This document shows, piece after piece, positions 1 through 10,043 of a DNA stretch of 64,000 nt. The stretch covers positions 68,093 to 132,092 of the forward strand of contig CALVYQ010000003.1 of the NCBI GenBank assembly GCA_944372335.1. Reading direction: 5' to 3'. The DNA comes from an uncultured Clostridia bacterium (lineage in GTDB: Bacteria; Bacillota; Clostridia; Christensenellales; UBA1242). Within the stretch, counting starts at the first letter, position 1. Every line of letters starts with the position of its first letter. Both the position numbers and the translations under genes were made by a program. The notes under the pieces were generated by a model. That model saw nothing but the letters and a program-made list of their open reading frames with translations, made no database searches and was not told the origin of the DNA.

Positions 1-3000
1 TTTTTGGAGCTCCCCAAATCCAACTTTTTAAAGACTGTTCCCGTGTAAAATCTTCCGGTATATTTCTTGCTACAATAAATTGAGTCTTGTATGGTATAGA
101 AGGATTTTGAGTTTCAAAACCAGAATTTAGAGAAACATCACATAAAATCGCTATACTTTTTACTCTTTGGACGCCATCTTCTCCTGTGAAATGCTTGTCG
201 GACACTTCTGCAAAAATGTTGGACATGTTTACTTCAAATTGAGTTACAACTTGTTTCTCGTTATTCCAACTACTAGTTTGTGTTTTACTTTTGTCTATCT
301 CAATTGAAAAATAGGGATTCATAGACGTCCCTTGCTTATTGATTGGGGTGATAATTTCAGAATTATCAATGTAGCCAGTCGAGAGCTTATTGACTTCTTC
401 TGCCAAAAGCACAACTCGAATATTACTTTTTTTAGGCAAGAAAACATATGGAGAAAGAACAAAGGTATCACTACTAGTCACCATTCGTAAATTATAATTT
501 ATCGATATCGCCTCACGGCAATCTTTAAGTAACCCAAGCCCTCTGCCATTAAAATTAGTGTCATACTCCTTAACATTTGTAGCAAGAATATCGTAATTAC
601 CTATGTAAGGTCGAGTATCGTTCTTTTTGGTGCTTATTGGGCTCTCTGGAAAAGCTCTTGTTTCATCTGGTGTCGGTGGAGTATTCTCACTTGGACTGGA
701 TGAATTTGCTATACCGATATTGCTTAGAATATAGAAATCCATTAAAGGCGCCTTGCCATAGATATCGGTGTATTTTACTGCCCACAACGAATTATACGAT
801 CCTTCAGATAAAGGCAAAACATTTCCATCATCATCTAAGCGCTCTATTAGCTGTTCTGTAGTAATAACCTGGTCCCCTGCTGAATAGTTATCTTCCATGT
901 CATATTCATATGTTAGTGTATTTTCGCTTGAATAAGCATTTATAGGATTAATAATCTCGATATATAAGTCGCTTTGACCAACAGTCTGATCATATTTCCC
1001 TGCATCTTTGTCTCCCTTAAAAACTGTTACTGCATATTTTGCAAAATCAATTCCCTCCCCAACAATAAGGTTAGCTAGATGATCATAGTTATTAATATAG
1101 TTTGATTTGTACTGGATTTGTTCTTGATCATCAGTTAAAAGCAATACATCATTAATTTCAAAATCCCGCCATATTAAGCTTTGTTCACTTATCTCATAAA
1201 ATCTAGGTTCGCTTGGTATCCCTATTATATTGCTTAATTCGTTATAGTCTTTACTATACGAAATCTCGCTAATTATATGAGATTCATAAATAGTATGCAT
1301 TACTTTTGCAACATAATATAACTCTCCATCCAATCTATATAACTCACCTTTATGTTTGAGGTGCTCCCATGTGTCATTCCATTCACAAATTTCATATGAA
1401 TTATTACCAGTTCTAATTAGTTTCCCAAACATGTTGTTTCCAAATTTGGTACTATCAACAACAACATCAGTTTGATTATTAAACTGGTTGTGCTCCGGAT
1501 ATTTATCCCATTTACTATTGAGAAGGTACTTTCTCAAATCTGGTCGAATATGATTTTGACGTACACTATCTTTTGTTCTATATCGAACAAAAAACGAATA
1601 ATCATTGACTTTCAAATCAGTCCAATATCCAAACACTGGTGCAGGAGAAATAGATGGATAACCATTAAATGCACTCCAAATTGCCTTTTTGATGGTATAA
1701 TCACTGTAAATGTTTGTATTTGCTTGAGGCAACTGATAATTGCTCCCTGTTATAATGTTTGTGCCTAATTTATAATAAAGGGCTGCACCTCTATTAGGAA
1801 CAACATCATAATCAATGGATAAAGTTTTGTAGACATTTTCCTCATAAATGAAGTTGGTCAAGTCGGCTATTGCTCCATCGCTATTTCTACGCACTTGAAT
1901 ACTCAATAACTCAATGATAGGCTTTGATGTCAAAATATCCGCAGTATCATTTGAAACCAATAATTGCTCATTAGTTGTTTTTGGAGCAACCCATTCTTCA
2001 ATATATCCGCCCAACTGAACCATGTTGGTTATATATGAAGAGGTGGCGGAGATGTAATCTTCCACACTTCGACTATTAAAGACAGACACTTTTGTGCTAT
2101 TGTTCTGTTTTTCGTCAGTTCTACCTAAACGATTAAAAGTAACAACAAATCTGTCATTGCTTCCAAATTTCAATTCTGGTATAGCATGAATATAATTCCC
2201 AACCTCAATCATTATTTCCCACAGGTTCTTCTGGTTATAAAAGCTCTCAATAATTAGAGTAGATTTTAACTCATCTTCAAAATCTGGGTCGATATAAAAT
2301 GGAAGATTAGATTTGTTTACATCGGCAATATAAACGCCATCTTGTTTTTCATAAAGCCCAGAGTTTATAATGGCTTTTTGAAGCAATGCTAATGCAGAAT
2401 AAGGAACAGATGAAGAATATACTATCTCAGTATCAGTATTATCATTGTATACGAAATATGTGGTGGAAACTGTTGTGTTCGCTTCTGCCATAGATACATA
2501 AGAGTTTCCAGAACTTGGGAAATTAAAATTCCCACTTCTTTTAGACTGTGATGTTTGGGTTGGTTGGGAACGAGTATATTTGGTATAGTAATAACTGTCT
2601 GGAGTTCCTATATCATATATATTAAGACTATCTTCAAATTCGTGAAGATATATTTTTATACTATATCTTTTATCCCCACGAATTGGGAATAATGCAGTTC
2701 TATAAACAGGTGTTTCGGCATTTATGTCTGTATATTTTCTTAACTGATACCTTTCAAAATATTCGTCCGCTTCAGCAGTAAAACTCCCCCCTGTTTTATT
2801 TGTTATTTCTACTAACCACTCACTGCGTTGATTGATTGCTTGGTTGCGTGGGAAAGGTGCGACCACAGAATTTTCTCTGTAAAGATTGTCATTAGTAATA
2901 ATTGAACCTCTAAAGGTATTAAGAGGGTTATATAAATCATTTGGCTCAAATTCTTCAATTAGGTAGTCTATAGAAGCATATCCCAACTTTTGAAAAGAGC

Positions 3001-3697
3001 GAGTTCCGTTTATACCACCATATATTGCCATTTGAGGGAGTTCAAATTGAGCAAATTTCTCTTCTTCTGTTCCAAAATTTGATAGGGAGATATATTCTTG
3101 AGACAAAGGAGTTCCGTCTGCAGAGAGAAGTCTTAAGTTCCCCTCTATTTCAAAATATTTTCCTATATAGATACTCGTTCTCCTCTCGTTATAATTAGTA
3201 TTTATAGCGAAATTTTGCAATGGAGTAAATTGAGATGGCGTATTTTGAACCGTAATTTCTCCTGCTGGATATGCAGGAACAGCCTTTAAACTTACATCTT
3301 TCAATTTGTAAGTGGCAGATATATTATCAACAAGGCGTTTCTGAGCCACTACACTTGACTCAATAAAAGAAATGTGATGGTCAAAATAATTGTTATTACT
3401 CAATATAGGCTGATTGACAGTATCTCTTGAAACAATTAAATGAACTGTTTTGACAATTGTATCTTGTTGAATAGCGTTATATTCGACTATATCTAAAATA
3501 AATTTTGTTTCTGGGTCAAAAGACTTTTTTATTGGAAGTCCATAAAGGGTAATTTCAGCCGTATCCATAACTTGAGAAATGTCTTCACTTAAATCTTCCC
3601 CTAAAGCAACAAAATTAGAAAAATCGTTTTCACCAACCCCTCTATAACCATTTGTCTCCTGATTGCTATCATATTTATATAATTTTAGTTTGAACAT
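1..3697 (-). CDS. Large phage tail / receptor-binding structural protein, C-terminus off window (at least 1232 codons)
   Basis: The minus frame is open from ATG 3697 (2 nt after the upstream stop) down to base 2. It is missing from the ORF track only because no stop lies in the window. It is the last, largest gene of the structural operon. Confidence 0.6.
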   Translation of the reverse strand, partial: MFKLKLYKYDSNQETNGYRGVGENDFSNFVALGEDLSEDISQVMDTAEITLYGLPIKKSFDPETKFILDIVEYNAIQQDTIVKTVHLIVSRDTVNQPILSNNNYFDHHISFIESSVVAQKRLVDNISATYKLKDVSLKAVPAYPAGEITVQNTPSQFTPLQNFAINTNYNERRTSIYIGKYFEIEGNLRLLSADGTPLSQEYISLSNFGTEEEKFAQFELPQMAIYGGINGTRSFQKLGYASIDYLIEEFEPNDLYNPLNTFRGSIITNDNLYRENSVVAPFPRNQAINQRSEWLVEITNKTGGSFTAEADEYFERYQLRKYTDINAETPVYRTALFPIRGDKRYSIKIYLHEFEDSLNIYDIGTPDSYYYTKYTRSQPTQTSQSKRSGNFNFPSSGNSYVSMAEANTTVSTTYFVYNDNTDTEIVYSSSVPYSALALLQKAIINSGLYEKQDGVYIADVNKSNLPFYIDPDFEDELKSTLIIESFYNQKNLWEIMIEVGNYIHAIPELKFGSNDRFVVTFNRLGRTDEKQNNSTKVSVFNSRSVEDYISATSSYITNMVQLGGYIEEWVAPKTTNEQLLVSNDTADILTSKPIIELLSIQVRRNSDGAIADLTNFIYEENVYKTLSIDYDVVPNRGAALYYKLGTNIITGSNYQLPQANTNIYSDYTIKKAIWSAFNGYPSISPAPVFGYWTDLKVNDYSFFVRYRTKDSVRQNHIRPDLRKYLLNSKWDKYPEHNQFNNQTDVVVDSTKFGNNMFGKLIRTGNNSYEICEWNDTWEHLKHKGELYRLDGELYYVAKVMHTIYESHIISEISYSKDYNELSNIIGIPSEPRFYEISEQSLIWRDFEINDVLLLTDDQEQIQYKSNYINNYDHLANLIVGEGIDFAKYAVTVFKGDKDAGKYDQTVGQSDLYIEIINPINAYSSENTLTYEYDMEDNYSAGDQVITTEQLIERLDDDGNVLPLSEGSYNSLWAVKYTDIYGKAPLMDFYILSNIGIANSSSPSENTPPTPDETRAFPESPISTKKNDTRPYIGNYDILATNVKEYDTNFNGRGLGLLKDCREAISINYNLRMVTSSDTFVLSPYVFLPKKSNIRVVLLAEEVNKLSTGYIDNSEIITPINKQGTSMNPYFSIEIDKSKTQTSSWNNEKQVVTQFEVNMSNIFAEVSDKHFTGEDGVQRVKSIAILCDVSLNSGFETQNPSIPYKTQFIVARNIPEDFTREQSLKSWIWGAPK

Positions 3698-3699
3698 AA

Positions 3700-4269
3700 C
3701 TATCTCAATCTCCCAGTTGTTAGACTTATACTAGCTCTTGCTCTTCGATATTCCACAGAATTATTCTCTTGAAACGCTTTAGCGTTGAAAGCCCGTTCTC
3801 GTTCTGCTTGTCTAAACCCTATCGATATTGCTGAGCTTGCAATCCCTGCTACCGCCCCTAAAGCTGCACCAAGAGGACCAAATATACTCCCTGTTGCAGC
3901 TCCCGATAATGCGCTTCCCATAGACCCTGCTACATCTGATATGATTTCTAGCTGTCTATTAATATTTTCTTGAAGGCTGCTGTCGCCATTTCTCCTGCCT
4001 ATATCAGATATAAAATAGTTAGCAGTCTGAGATAGTATCTGAGAGCCAATTCTCAACCCTGTATTGATTGCAAAAGCACTAGAAGCCGATATACCACTTT
4101 TCACTTTTTTATTTATTGTTTCTTTTGCGTTTAACAATTGATAAAGTGGAGAGCTTTTATATTTTCCAGAGCTCGTCCCGTGTTTTTCATCTACACTTGC
4201 ATTTTCAGATTTATAACCGCCCGAACGACCACCATCGACAACAATAATTTTTAAATTATGCAACGCCAT
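3700..4269 (-). CDS. Phage structural protein with a Gly/Ala/Ser-rich hydrophobic segment (ejection or mini tape-measure-like?)
   Basis: 189 aa; contains GSMGSALSGAATGSIFGPLGAALGAVAGIASSAISIGF; overlaps both neighbours in the structural operon. Confidence 0.45.
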   Translation of the reverse strand: MALHNLKIIVVDGGRSGGYKSENASVDEKHGTSSGKYKSSPLYQLLNAKETINKKVKSGISASSAFAINTGLRIGSQILSQTANYFISDIGRRNGDSSLQENINRQLEIISDVAGSMGSALSGAATGSIFGPLGAALGAVAGIASSAISIGFRQAERERAFNAKAFQENNSVEYRRARASISLTTGRLR

Positions 4270-5251
4270 CTTTAATTCCCCTTGTTGTTAATACCAGACA
4301 ATGAGCTTCATTAGATATGTCTTCTCGTATTGTGACTTTGTGCTCTTTAATCACGCATTTATAAATAAATTGCTTATCTTTCCTCGTAATACGCAATAAC
4401 AGCGCTCTGTTGTTGTCATTGTTATCACTTATCTCCATGCCATTTTCATCAACATCTCCAATAAAACTATTTTCTGTCAAATCATCTATAAAAGCATTAA
4501 TATAACCATCGAAAGTTATAGAAATACTCTTAATCTTTGATAAATTTATACTTCCAATGTTCTTAACATTATTATAACGAGGAACTGTTTGTTGATTCAT
4601 GACAATGTCAAACTCAAGGCTAGAAATAGGAACCGGAACCCATTGACTTTCTCCATCTTTTGAAATTTCAAACTCCGCGATATAATCTGTCATGCTAACG
4701 GCATTTTCATAAAAGACAAACTCTATCGTTATTTCACAAACCGACATTTCTCCAAATTCTGTTGTGTCTTCAAGTTCTCCAATGTTTAATGCTCCAACAG
4801 CAATGAGCGCTTGTCTTTCTTCCTCCCCAATTTGTACTGGAACTCTTATACCATTAGTTTCAATCGCTATGTCCTCAAACATATCTTCAAGAAGTTTAAC
4901 TTTATCTGTTTGCACCCAATATTCAAGATTTGCAGAAACAGTAACATTATCAATTTTGTTTGAAAAAACTCTATCGGTAGAGCTCAAAGACAAGATGCAA
5001 AATGCTCTGCTTGTTGCTTCCAAAGCGCTAGCATTCCCACCTTTCTTTAAAATATCTCTAATCACAAGTTCTGTATCATAAGGCCTATGCTTAAATGTAT
5101 AATATTTCACATTCAATGCCTCTTGAATAGTTTTGCCTTTCCAATTTTCTGGTGCTGAAACATCGTTAATTGTGTAGTTTATATCTTCATCGTTCATAAT
5201 ACCTTGTAGAATTGACAAAATGGTATCAGCAGAGACTTTTATCTTCGCCAT
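4256..5251 (-). CDS. Phage tail/neck structural protein (family not recognised)
   Basis: 331 aa ORF, translationally coupled within the structural operon. Confidence 0.45.
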   Translation of the reverse strand: MAKIKVSADTILSILQGIMNDEDINYTINDVSAPENWKGKTIQEALNVKYYTFKHRPYDTELVIRDILKKGGNASALEATSRAFCILSLSSTDRVFSNKIDNVTVSANLEYWVQTDKVKLLEDMFEDIAIETNGIRVPVQIGEEERQALIAVGALNIGELEDTTEFGEMSVCEITIEFVFYENAVSMTDYIAEFEISKDGESQWVPVPISSLEFDIVMNQQTVPRYNNVKNIGSINLSKIKSISITFDGYINAFIDDLTENSFIGDVDENGMEISDNNDNNRALLLRITRKDKQFIYKCVIKEHKVTIREDISNEAHCLVLTTRGIKDGVA

Positions 5252-5772
5252 TGGTTATTTCTCCTTTTATCATAATATCCGACCGATTTAAGCCATAAAT
5301 CTTGTCTTGTGTAATAACTCATCCCATAAGAAAAAGGACTGTCAAAACGATTTTGGCTTTGAAAGTCTGGATTGTAGTTTAAATTATCAAAAACTATCTG
5401 CATAACCTGCATTTTCTTTTGCGGGTCTTTTATTTGTTTTAACTGGTCGATACATTGAAATGGTGTTATAAGTCTTGTATTTCTTCGCAAATTTTTCGTG
5501 ATTGCTGGAACATTATTAAACATGTCTTCAATAAGTTGTTTCATACCTTTAATTTCTCTGAACCTTTGTTTAAACTTACCGGAAATTACAATATCTCCAT
5601 TTGACATTCGGCCATTAAAAACTGCCTTTAAATATTCGGCAACTTTTCTCTCAACCCACTCAAAACTAAATACATTTTTCGTGCTATCTTTTTGAGTAAA
5701 TTGTGGAAACAAGCCTTTGAGTTCTTTGTTCATAAACAAATCTCTCATTCCAAACTTATCATTGTATTGCAT
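5239..5772 (-). CDS. Phage structural protein (unassigned)
   Basis: 177 aa ORF, overlapping start/stop with neighbours. Confidence 0.45.
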   Translation of the reverse strand: MQYNDKFGMRDLFMNKELKGLFPQFTQKDSTKNVFSFEWVERKVAEYLKAVFNGRMSNGDIVISGKFKQRFREIKGMKQLIEDMFNNVPAITKNLRRNTRLITPFQCIDQLKQIKDPQKKMQVMQIVFDNLNYNPDFQSQNRFDSPFSYGMSYYTRQDLWLKSVGYYDKRRNNQWRR

Positions 5773-5774
5773 TT

Positions 5775-6161
5775 TTACCTCTTAATTGCTTTAAGTGCCA
5801 AATGAAGTGTTTTCTTTGCTCTTGGTTCGTATGATGTTGTCATTGTCGCTTCTGCAATCATCCAATATCTATTATCAAAAAATACAATGTCATCTTGTTT
5901 TGGAGCATTGTCTAAATAGGCAAAATTTTGCGTTTTAACGGTCAAATACGAAGACTCGACAAACAACCCGGTTATAGGCTGATGTATGCCATCTTGCTGG
6001 TCTGTTTCCCTTGTGCAATCAAATGCAAACATTCTGAGATAATTATTGCGTTCAAGCTTCATCACTTCGTTTGCATTCCCAGTTACTTGGTCTTCTTCGG
6101 TAAATCTTTTCCACCACACTGCTTTTGGAGAGAATGGATATCTTTGAACATAACCTGTCAT
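5775..6161 (-). CDS. Phage head-tail joining protein (putative)
   Basis: 128 aa ORF immediately downstream of the putative portal gene. Confidence 0.4.
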   Translation of the reverse strand: MTGYVQRYPFSPKAVWWKRFTEEDQVTGNANEVMKLERNNYLRMFAFDCTRETDQQDGIHQPITGLFVESSYLTVKTQNFAYLDNAPKQDDIVFFDNRYWMIAEATMTTSYEPRAKKTLHLALKAIKR

Positions 6162-6162
6162 A

Positions 6163-7764
6163 TTACCCTCCTACTGCTGGTGTTTGTCCTAAATTGTTTT
6201 GTGGCAACATGCTCACTTGTTGCTTTTTCTCATCCCACGCTTCTATAAACGCTGTGAGCTCGTTGACTTCTTTATTTGAGCAAGTCCCTAAAATCTCTTT
6301 TGCAAGCATTTCAGCAGTAACTTGTTTCTTATCAAACAAATCACTAAACAACTTAATCGATTCGCTCCTAACTGTTTGATTTTCTGGCATGATATGAAGT
6401 TCTGGTGCAGATACGCCATAATAGTGATAGAAAATGTCTATCATATCTTGAAGGTCATCTTGCACAATTTCAATCTTATCATTGATAAATGCAGTTGTCT
6501 TCGTGCGCTCATATTCAATTTCTGTGGCTGTTTTTTGTGTTTGCCCATCAGAAAGCCAAGATGCAATTGTTGTGGCCGATAAATTCAATGAAAAAGCTGC
6601 GTCATTGAGAATGTTTTGCTTTTGCCTATTGATTGCATCTGCTCGAAGTTCTGGTTGCATTTGTTGTGGCTTTTTATCATCACTTTCCCCGGCGACATTT
6701 GAATAGTATGTAAATATCATTGGATCAAGGATTCCCTTTTTCGCATCCGGGTCATTCACATTGTCATAACCTTTGTCGAGCATAATTCTTGCACGAGCAA
6801 CATAAACTTCTAATCTTTCAAAAAACTTTAATTGGTCATATTGATAACTTTCGTTCATCAATAAATCAGCAAGTGGTTGGCCAAATGGAAGTTTAGGAAA
6901 TGCTGGAATGTTTCTTGTAAATTTTAGCAATCTGCATCCCAAATCATCTGGAAATGGAAGTAGTTTACATCTATCATAACTACCGCTTTTAATAAGGTAT
7001 GGGTCATCAATAAAAATGTCCCCATAATCTCGTTTAATCATTTGTTGAATATCATAAGGAACATCTTTCCAAGCAAGTGGGTCTTTCATTAAATTAGGAG
7101 TTGACTCATTTGTTATATTTGATGATGTCTTATATAACAAATAATGCACCATTGGAAATCTTTTTGTTTCACTTCCAACGCGTGCATATTTAAAAAATCT
7201 CTCTTCACACAACCTATATTCTTCTTTTGAATTGATAGTGTTGGTATAAGTTGTTATAAATGACCTAACTCTTTCAATATCTCCGTAAGCATCTACTTCA
7301 ATAAAGAACTTGTCCATTGGCAATGCTTCTGCTCTTAGTTGATTGTTTCCATCCTTATTCCATTTTAAGAGACCAGTTCCACCATCCAAAGCAAAACCAT
7401 AAGCTTCTTTTGTTGCACTATTAAAATTTGATTTTTTATACCATTTTTCAGTAACTTCATCTACTTTTGAATCTTTTGAGTTTAGAACAAATGGTTTACT
7501 AAATAAAGTGCTTGTAATTCCAGCACCTATTTTCTGCAAAAATAAAGTTGGAATAACTCCATATTCTGCATTATGGAAGTTCTCAATCCAACCTCTATAC
7601 ATTGCCACTCTTGGCCTAATATAATCTGCATAAAATTGATAATATCTAGGTGAGGCAAGAAGATATGTGTTGTCATTCTGCGTTAATTTGAAACTTTCAG
7701 AAGATAACTCGTTGCCCAAAAAGAATGGCATAATGTATCTATCGTCAACATTTGCTAATTCCAC
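6163..7764 (-). CDS. Putative portal protein
   Basis: 533 aa; the only remaining ORF of portal size in the head module. Assigned by size and position, not by a diagnostic motif. Confidence 0.5.
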   Translation of the reverse strand: MELANVDDRYIMPFFLGNELSSESFKLTQNDNTYLLASPRYYQFYADYIRPRVAMYRGWIENFHNAEYGVIPTLFLQKIGAGITSTLFSKPFVLNSKDSKVDEVTEKWYKKSNFNSATKEAYGFALDGGTGLLKWNKDGNNQLRAEALPMDKFFIEVDAYGDIERVRSFITTYTNTINSKEEYRLCEERFFKYARVGSETKRFPMVHYLLYKTSSNITNESTPNLMKDPLAWKDVPYDIQQMIKRDYGDIFIDDPYLIKSGSYDRCKLLPFPDDLGCRLLKFTRNIPAFPKLPFGQPLADLLMNESYQYDQLKFFERLEVYVARARIMLDKGYDNVNDPDAKKGILDPMIFTYYSNVAGESDDKKPQQMQPELRADAINRQKQNILNDAAFSLNLSATTIASWLSDGQTQKTATEIEYERTKTTAFINDKIEIVQDDLQDMIDIFYHYYGVSAPELHIMPENQTVRSESIKLFSDLFDKKQVTAEMLAKEILGTCSNKEVNELTAFIEAWDEKKQQVSMLPQNNLGQTPAVGG

Positions 7765-7765
7765 T

Positions 7766-8170
7766 CTATGCCTCCTTTCTTCTGTAATCTGTTATATTTA
7801 CCACGTTTTTCGGTTTAATTATAAGTTCCTTAAAGTATTTTAAAAACTTTTTATTTTTCTTAATATCTTCAATGCTTTCAACTTCAATATTAAATCTAGG
7901 ATGATTCTTCCAAATTCGAGTAAGTCTTTCAGCAATAATTATCTCTTCAGCGTGTTCTTCCATTATGTCACCAATTTTAATATTAACAACTTCTGTTATC
8001 TTTTTGACTCTATCTTCTGGAAAGTCAATCATAGCATTTGTTCTCACGATTTCAAGATGTGGCCAAAAATCAATTGAAAGCCCTTGATACGTTTCTTCTA
8101 TCCAGTTTCTTATTTCTTCTTCAACTTTTGTATAAACTTTATCTTCATTTATAAAATCTTTAAGTTTCAT
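7766..8170 (-). CDS. Phage hypothetical protein
   Basis: 134 aa ORF in the structural operon. Confidence 0.45.
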   Translation of the reverse strand: MKLKDFINEDKVYTKVEEEIRNWIEETYQGLSIDFWPHLEIVRTNAMIDFPEDRVKKITEVVNIKIGDIMEEHAEEIIIAERLTRIWKNHPRFNIEVESIEDIKKNKKFLKYFKELIIKPKNVVNITDYRRKEA

Positions 8171-8182
8171 ACTTTAATCTCC

Positions 8183-8761
8183 TTACCAATTTTTTTGTGC
8201 CACTAACCCCACAAACATTTTGTCATAAGAGCCAACCCAAGAAAGTCCCAACTGCATCAACATAACTTTAACTTGTGGATCTATTTGTCTATCTTCGTTT
8301 ATAAGAACGCCTTTATTAAGCCATTGTTTTTGTTCCATATCAATTCCAGTTGTTTTTGTTGGGTCATCATTATTTACATAGAATCTAGCCTGTTTCCATA
8401 AAATTTCTTCAAACATAAGTCTAAATCTAAAAGGTGTAATTCCTCGCCTTATACTTTTGGCCACAATGCATTTTAAGGTGTCTATATTACTGCCACTATT
8501 CTTAAAAATACAGGTATAAATTTGGTCGCTGATATACTCTAATTCTTCATTTACATTTGTTGGTGAGTTTCTTCCAGTGCTTGCAAGAAAACCTTTTAAA
8601 TCAACACCATGCTTGTTTAAAAGTTCTTCTGTTGGAATATATTGTTGTTTCAGCCCATCATATCGCATGTATTCTGTTGAAAAAGGAAAAATCAAATCTT
8701 CTTCATTTAACGCTTTTAACTGTTCGGTTGTATAGAATGGTGCTTCAAATATTTTTGGCAT
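8183..8761 (-). CDS. Phage hypothetical structural protein
   Basis: 192 aa ORF in the structural operon. Confidence 0.45.
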   Translation of the reverse strand: MPKIFEAPFYTTEQLKALNEEDLIFPFSTEYMRYDGLKQQYIPTEELLNKHGVDLKGFLASTGRNSPTNVNEELEYISDQIYTCIFKNSGSNIDTLKCIVAKSIRRGITPFRFRLMFEEILWKQARFYVNNDDPTKTTGIDMEQKQWLNKGVLINEDRQIDPQVKVMLMQLGLSWVGSYDKMFVGLVAQKNW

Positions 8762-8772
8762 TGTTTTTCTCC

Positions 8773-9258
8773 TTAATTTCTAATCTTTTTAATATCTCTT
8801 AGCAAAGAAAGTTTTTGCATTTGTGGGATATCACTTCTTCCCAATGTTTCCATCTTTAAGTCATAAGCCGCCTTTGCGTCTTTATCCCAACCTTCGTAAT
8901 ACCCCGGCAAACTCCTTTGGTCTGTTTTGCCAATCCATTTTAGGTTTCTTGGTTTGTTGATAAATTGTCCATTTGCTCCCGGTTGTTTCTGTTGCAAGTA
9001 ATTGACTGTATCTACGCCTTGTCCAGCATTATGCGTACTTCTAACAACTGCAAGAGTTTTATATGTCTTACCACTTTTAGGATGAGTAACTTCTGGTGTA
9101 ACAACATCTCCAACTCTTTTGTTTGTTCCATAATAAGAATAAAGTTTTCCACTTCCATTATGGCCATAAGTAACATTAATAATTTGAGCTCCACCATACT
9201 TTACTTGTGGTCTTACAACTTGACCCATTGCATTTAATCTTTGCATTGTTTCTGCCAT
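8773..9258 (-). CDS. Phage hypothetical structural protein
   Basis: 161 aa ORF, first gene after an internal terminator. Confidence 0.45.
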   Translation of the reverse strand: MAETMQRLNAMGQVVRPQVKYGGAQIINVTYGHNGSGKLYSYYGTNKRVGDVVTPEVTHPKSGKTYKTLAVVRSTHNAGQGVDTVNYLQQKQPGANGQFINKPRNLKWIGKTDQRSLPGYYEGWDKDAKAAYDLKMETLGRSDIPQMQKLSLLRDIKKIRN

Positions 9259-9329
9259 AATTTTTCAATTTCCTTTTAAAATTTCCTAAAATCTATTGAT
9301 TTTTTTGATTTTATAGCGTATAATAGTAG

Positions 9330-9376
9330 TGTAAAAACCTGAGAAAAAGGGCTTCGTGCTTAAGTGTTCTCAGGTT
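9330..9376 (-). terminator. Intrinsic terminator overlapping the 3' end of the 205-aa gene
   Basis: 10-bp stem AACCTGAGAA/TTCTCAGGTT (9367-9376 and 9336-9345) followed by a T-run on the minus strand. Confidence 0.5.
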
Positions 9377-9977
9377 TTTTTATTAATTTGAATGCTACTT
9401 CATAAATATATTGGTGCATCCCTTTATCTCTAATGTTTATAGTAATATCAAAAACTCCCTTATCTGTTTGAATTTTGTTTTTGAAGTAATGCCACATTTT
9501 TACTCCTTTATGCTGTGGAGAATCTTTGCCTTTTTCTAATGTGGATTTAAGATAAGAAGAAGTTTGAATATAATTTGATAGATTTTTGATATTTTCTATT
9601 TTAAATTTTTGCCCTTCATAATCCGAATTGCTACGAGAATATATATTTTTCTTTGCAGTAAAGCTATCAAATTCTGCTAAAATTTCATCATCTTTGACTT
9701 GTAATTTAATTGGCTTTAATCCTTTAACATAATCAACCAATTCTTTTAATTTAATCTTTTTTATTTGTTTTAATGTTCTAACTAACTTTTGAATTTGCTC
9801 ACTTTTCTCATTATTTGTTTCATTCACTTTGTTTTTATTAGCAAAGTGATTTTTTATTGATTCTTGTGGATTTTCACCATCTTTAATCGGAATGTGATTA
9901 CCTTTAACAGTTATCCACTGAACATCATCTTCACCTTTACCATTCATTAAATTTTTGTTCTTCTCAAAATCGCCCAT
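9360..9977 (-). CDS. Phage protein with a conserved N-terminal W-I-T-V-x-G-x-H-[IV] module
   Basis: 205 aa; its N-terminal ~45 aa are clearly homologous to the N-terminus of ORF 12185..12589. Confidence 0.55.
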   Translation of the reverse strand: MGDFEKNKNLMNGKGEDDVQWITVKGNHIPIKDGENPQESIKNHFANKNKVNETNNEKSEQIQKLVRTLKQIKKIKLKELVDYVKGLKPIKLQVKDDEILAEFDSFTAKKNIYSRSNSDYEGQKFKIENIKNLSNYIQTSSYLKSTLEKGKDSPQHKGVKMWHYFKNKIQTDKGVFDITINIRDKGMHQYIYEVAFKLIKKPENT

Positions 9978-9989
9978 ACTTCCCTCTAT

Positions 9990-10027
9990 AAAATTGGTAT
10001 AGGACGGGTTTTTACTGAACCCATCCT
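9990..10027 (-). terminator. Weak hairpin/attenuator after the capsid gene
   Basis: 10-bp stem (one G-U in the minus-strand RNA) at 10001-10027; only a short, interrupted U-tract follows. Confidence 0.3.
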
Positions 10028-10043
10028 AATGAATAACAGTTTT

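Noticed and set aside
637-1768. Plus-strand ORFs 637..861 and 1472..1768
   Set aside because: They are antisense to the continuous tail ORF of at least 1232 codons, use TTG starts and lack an RBS.
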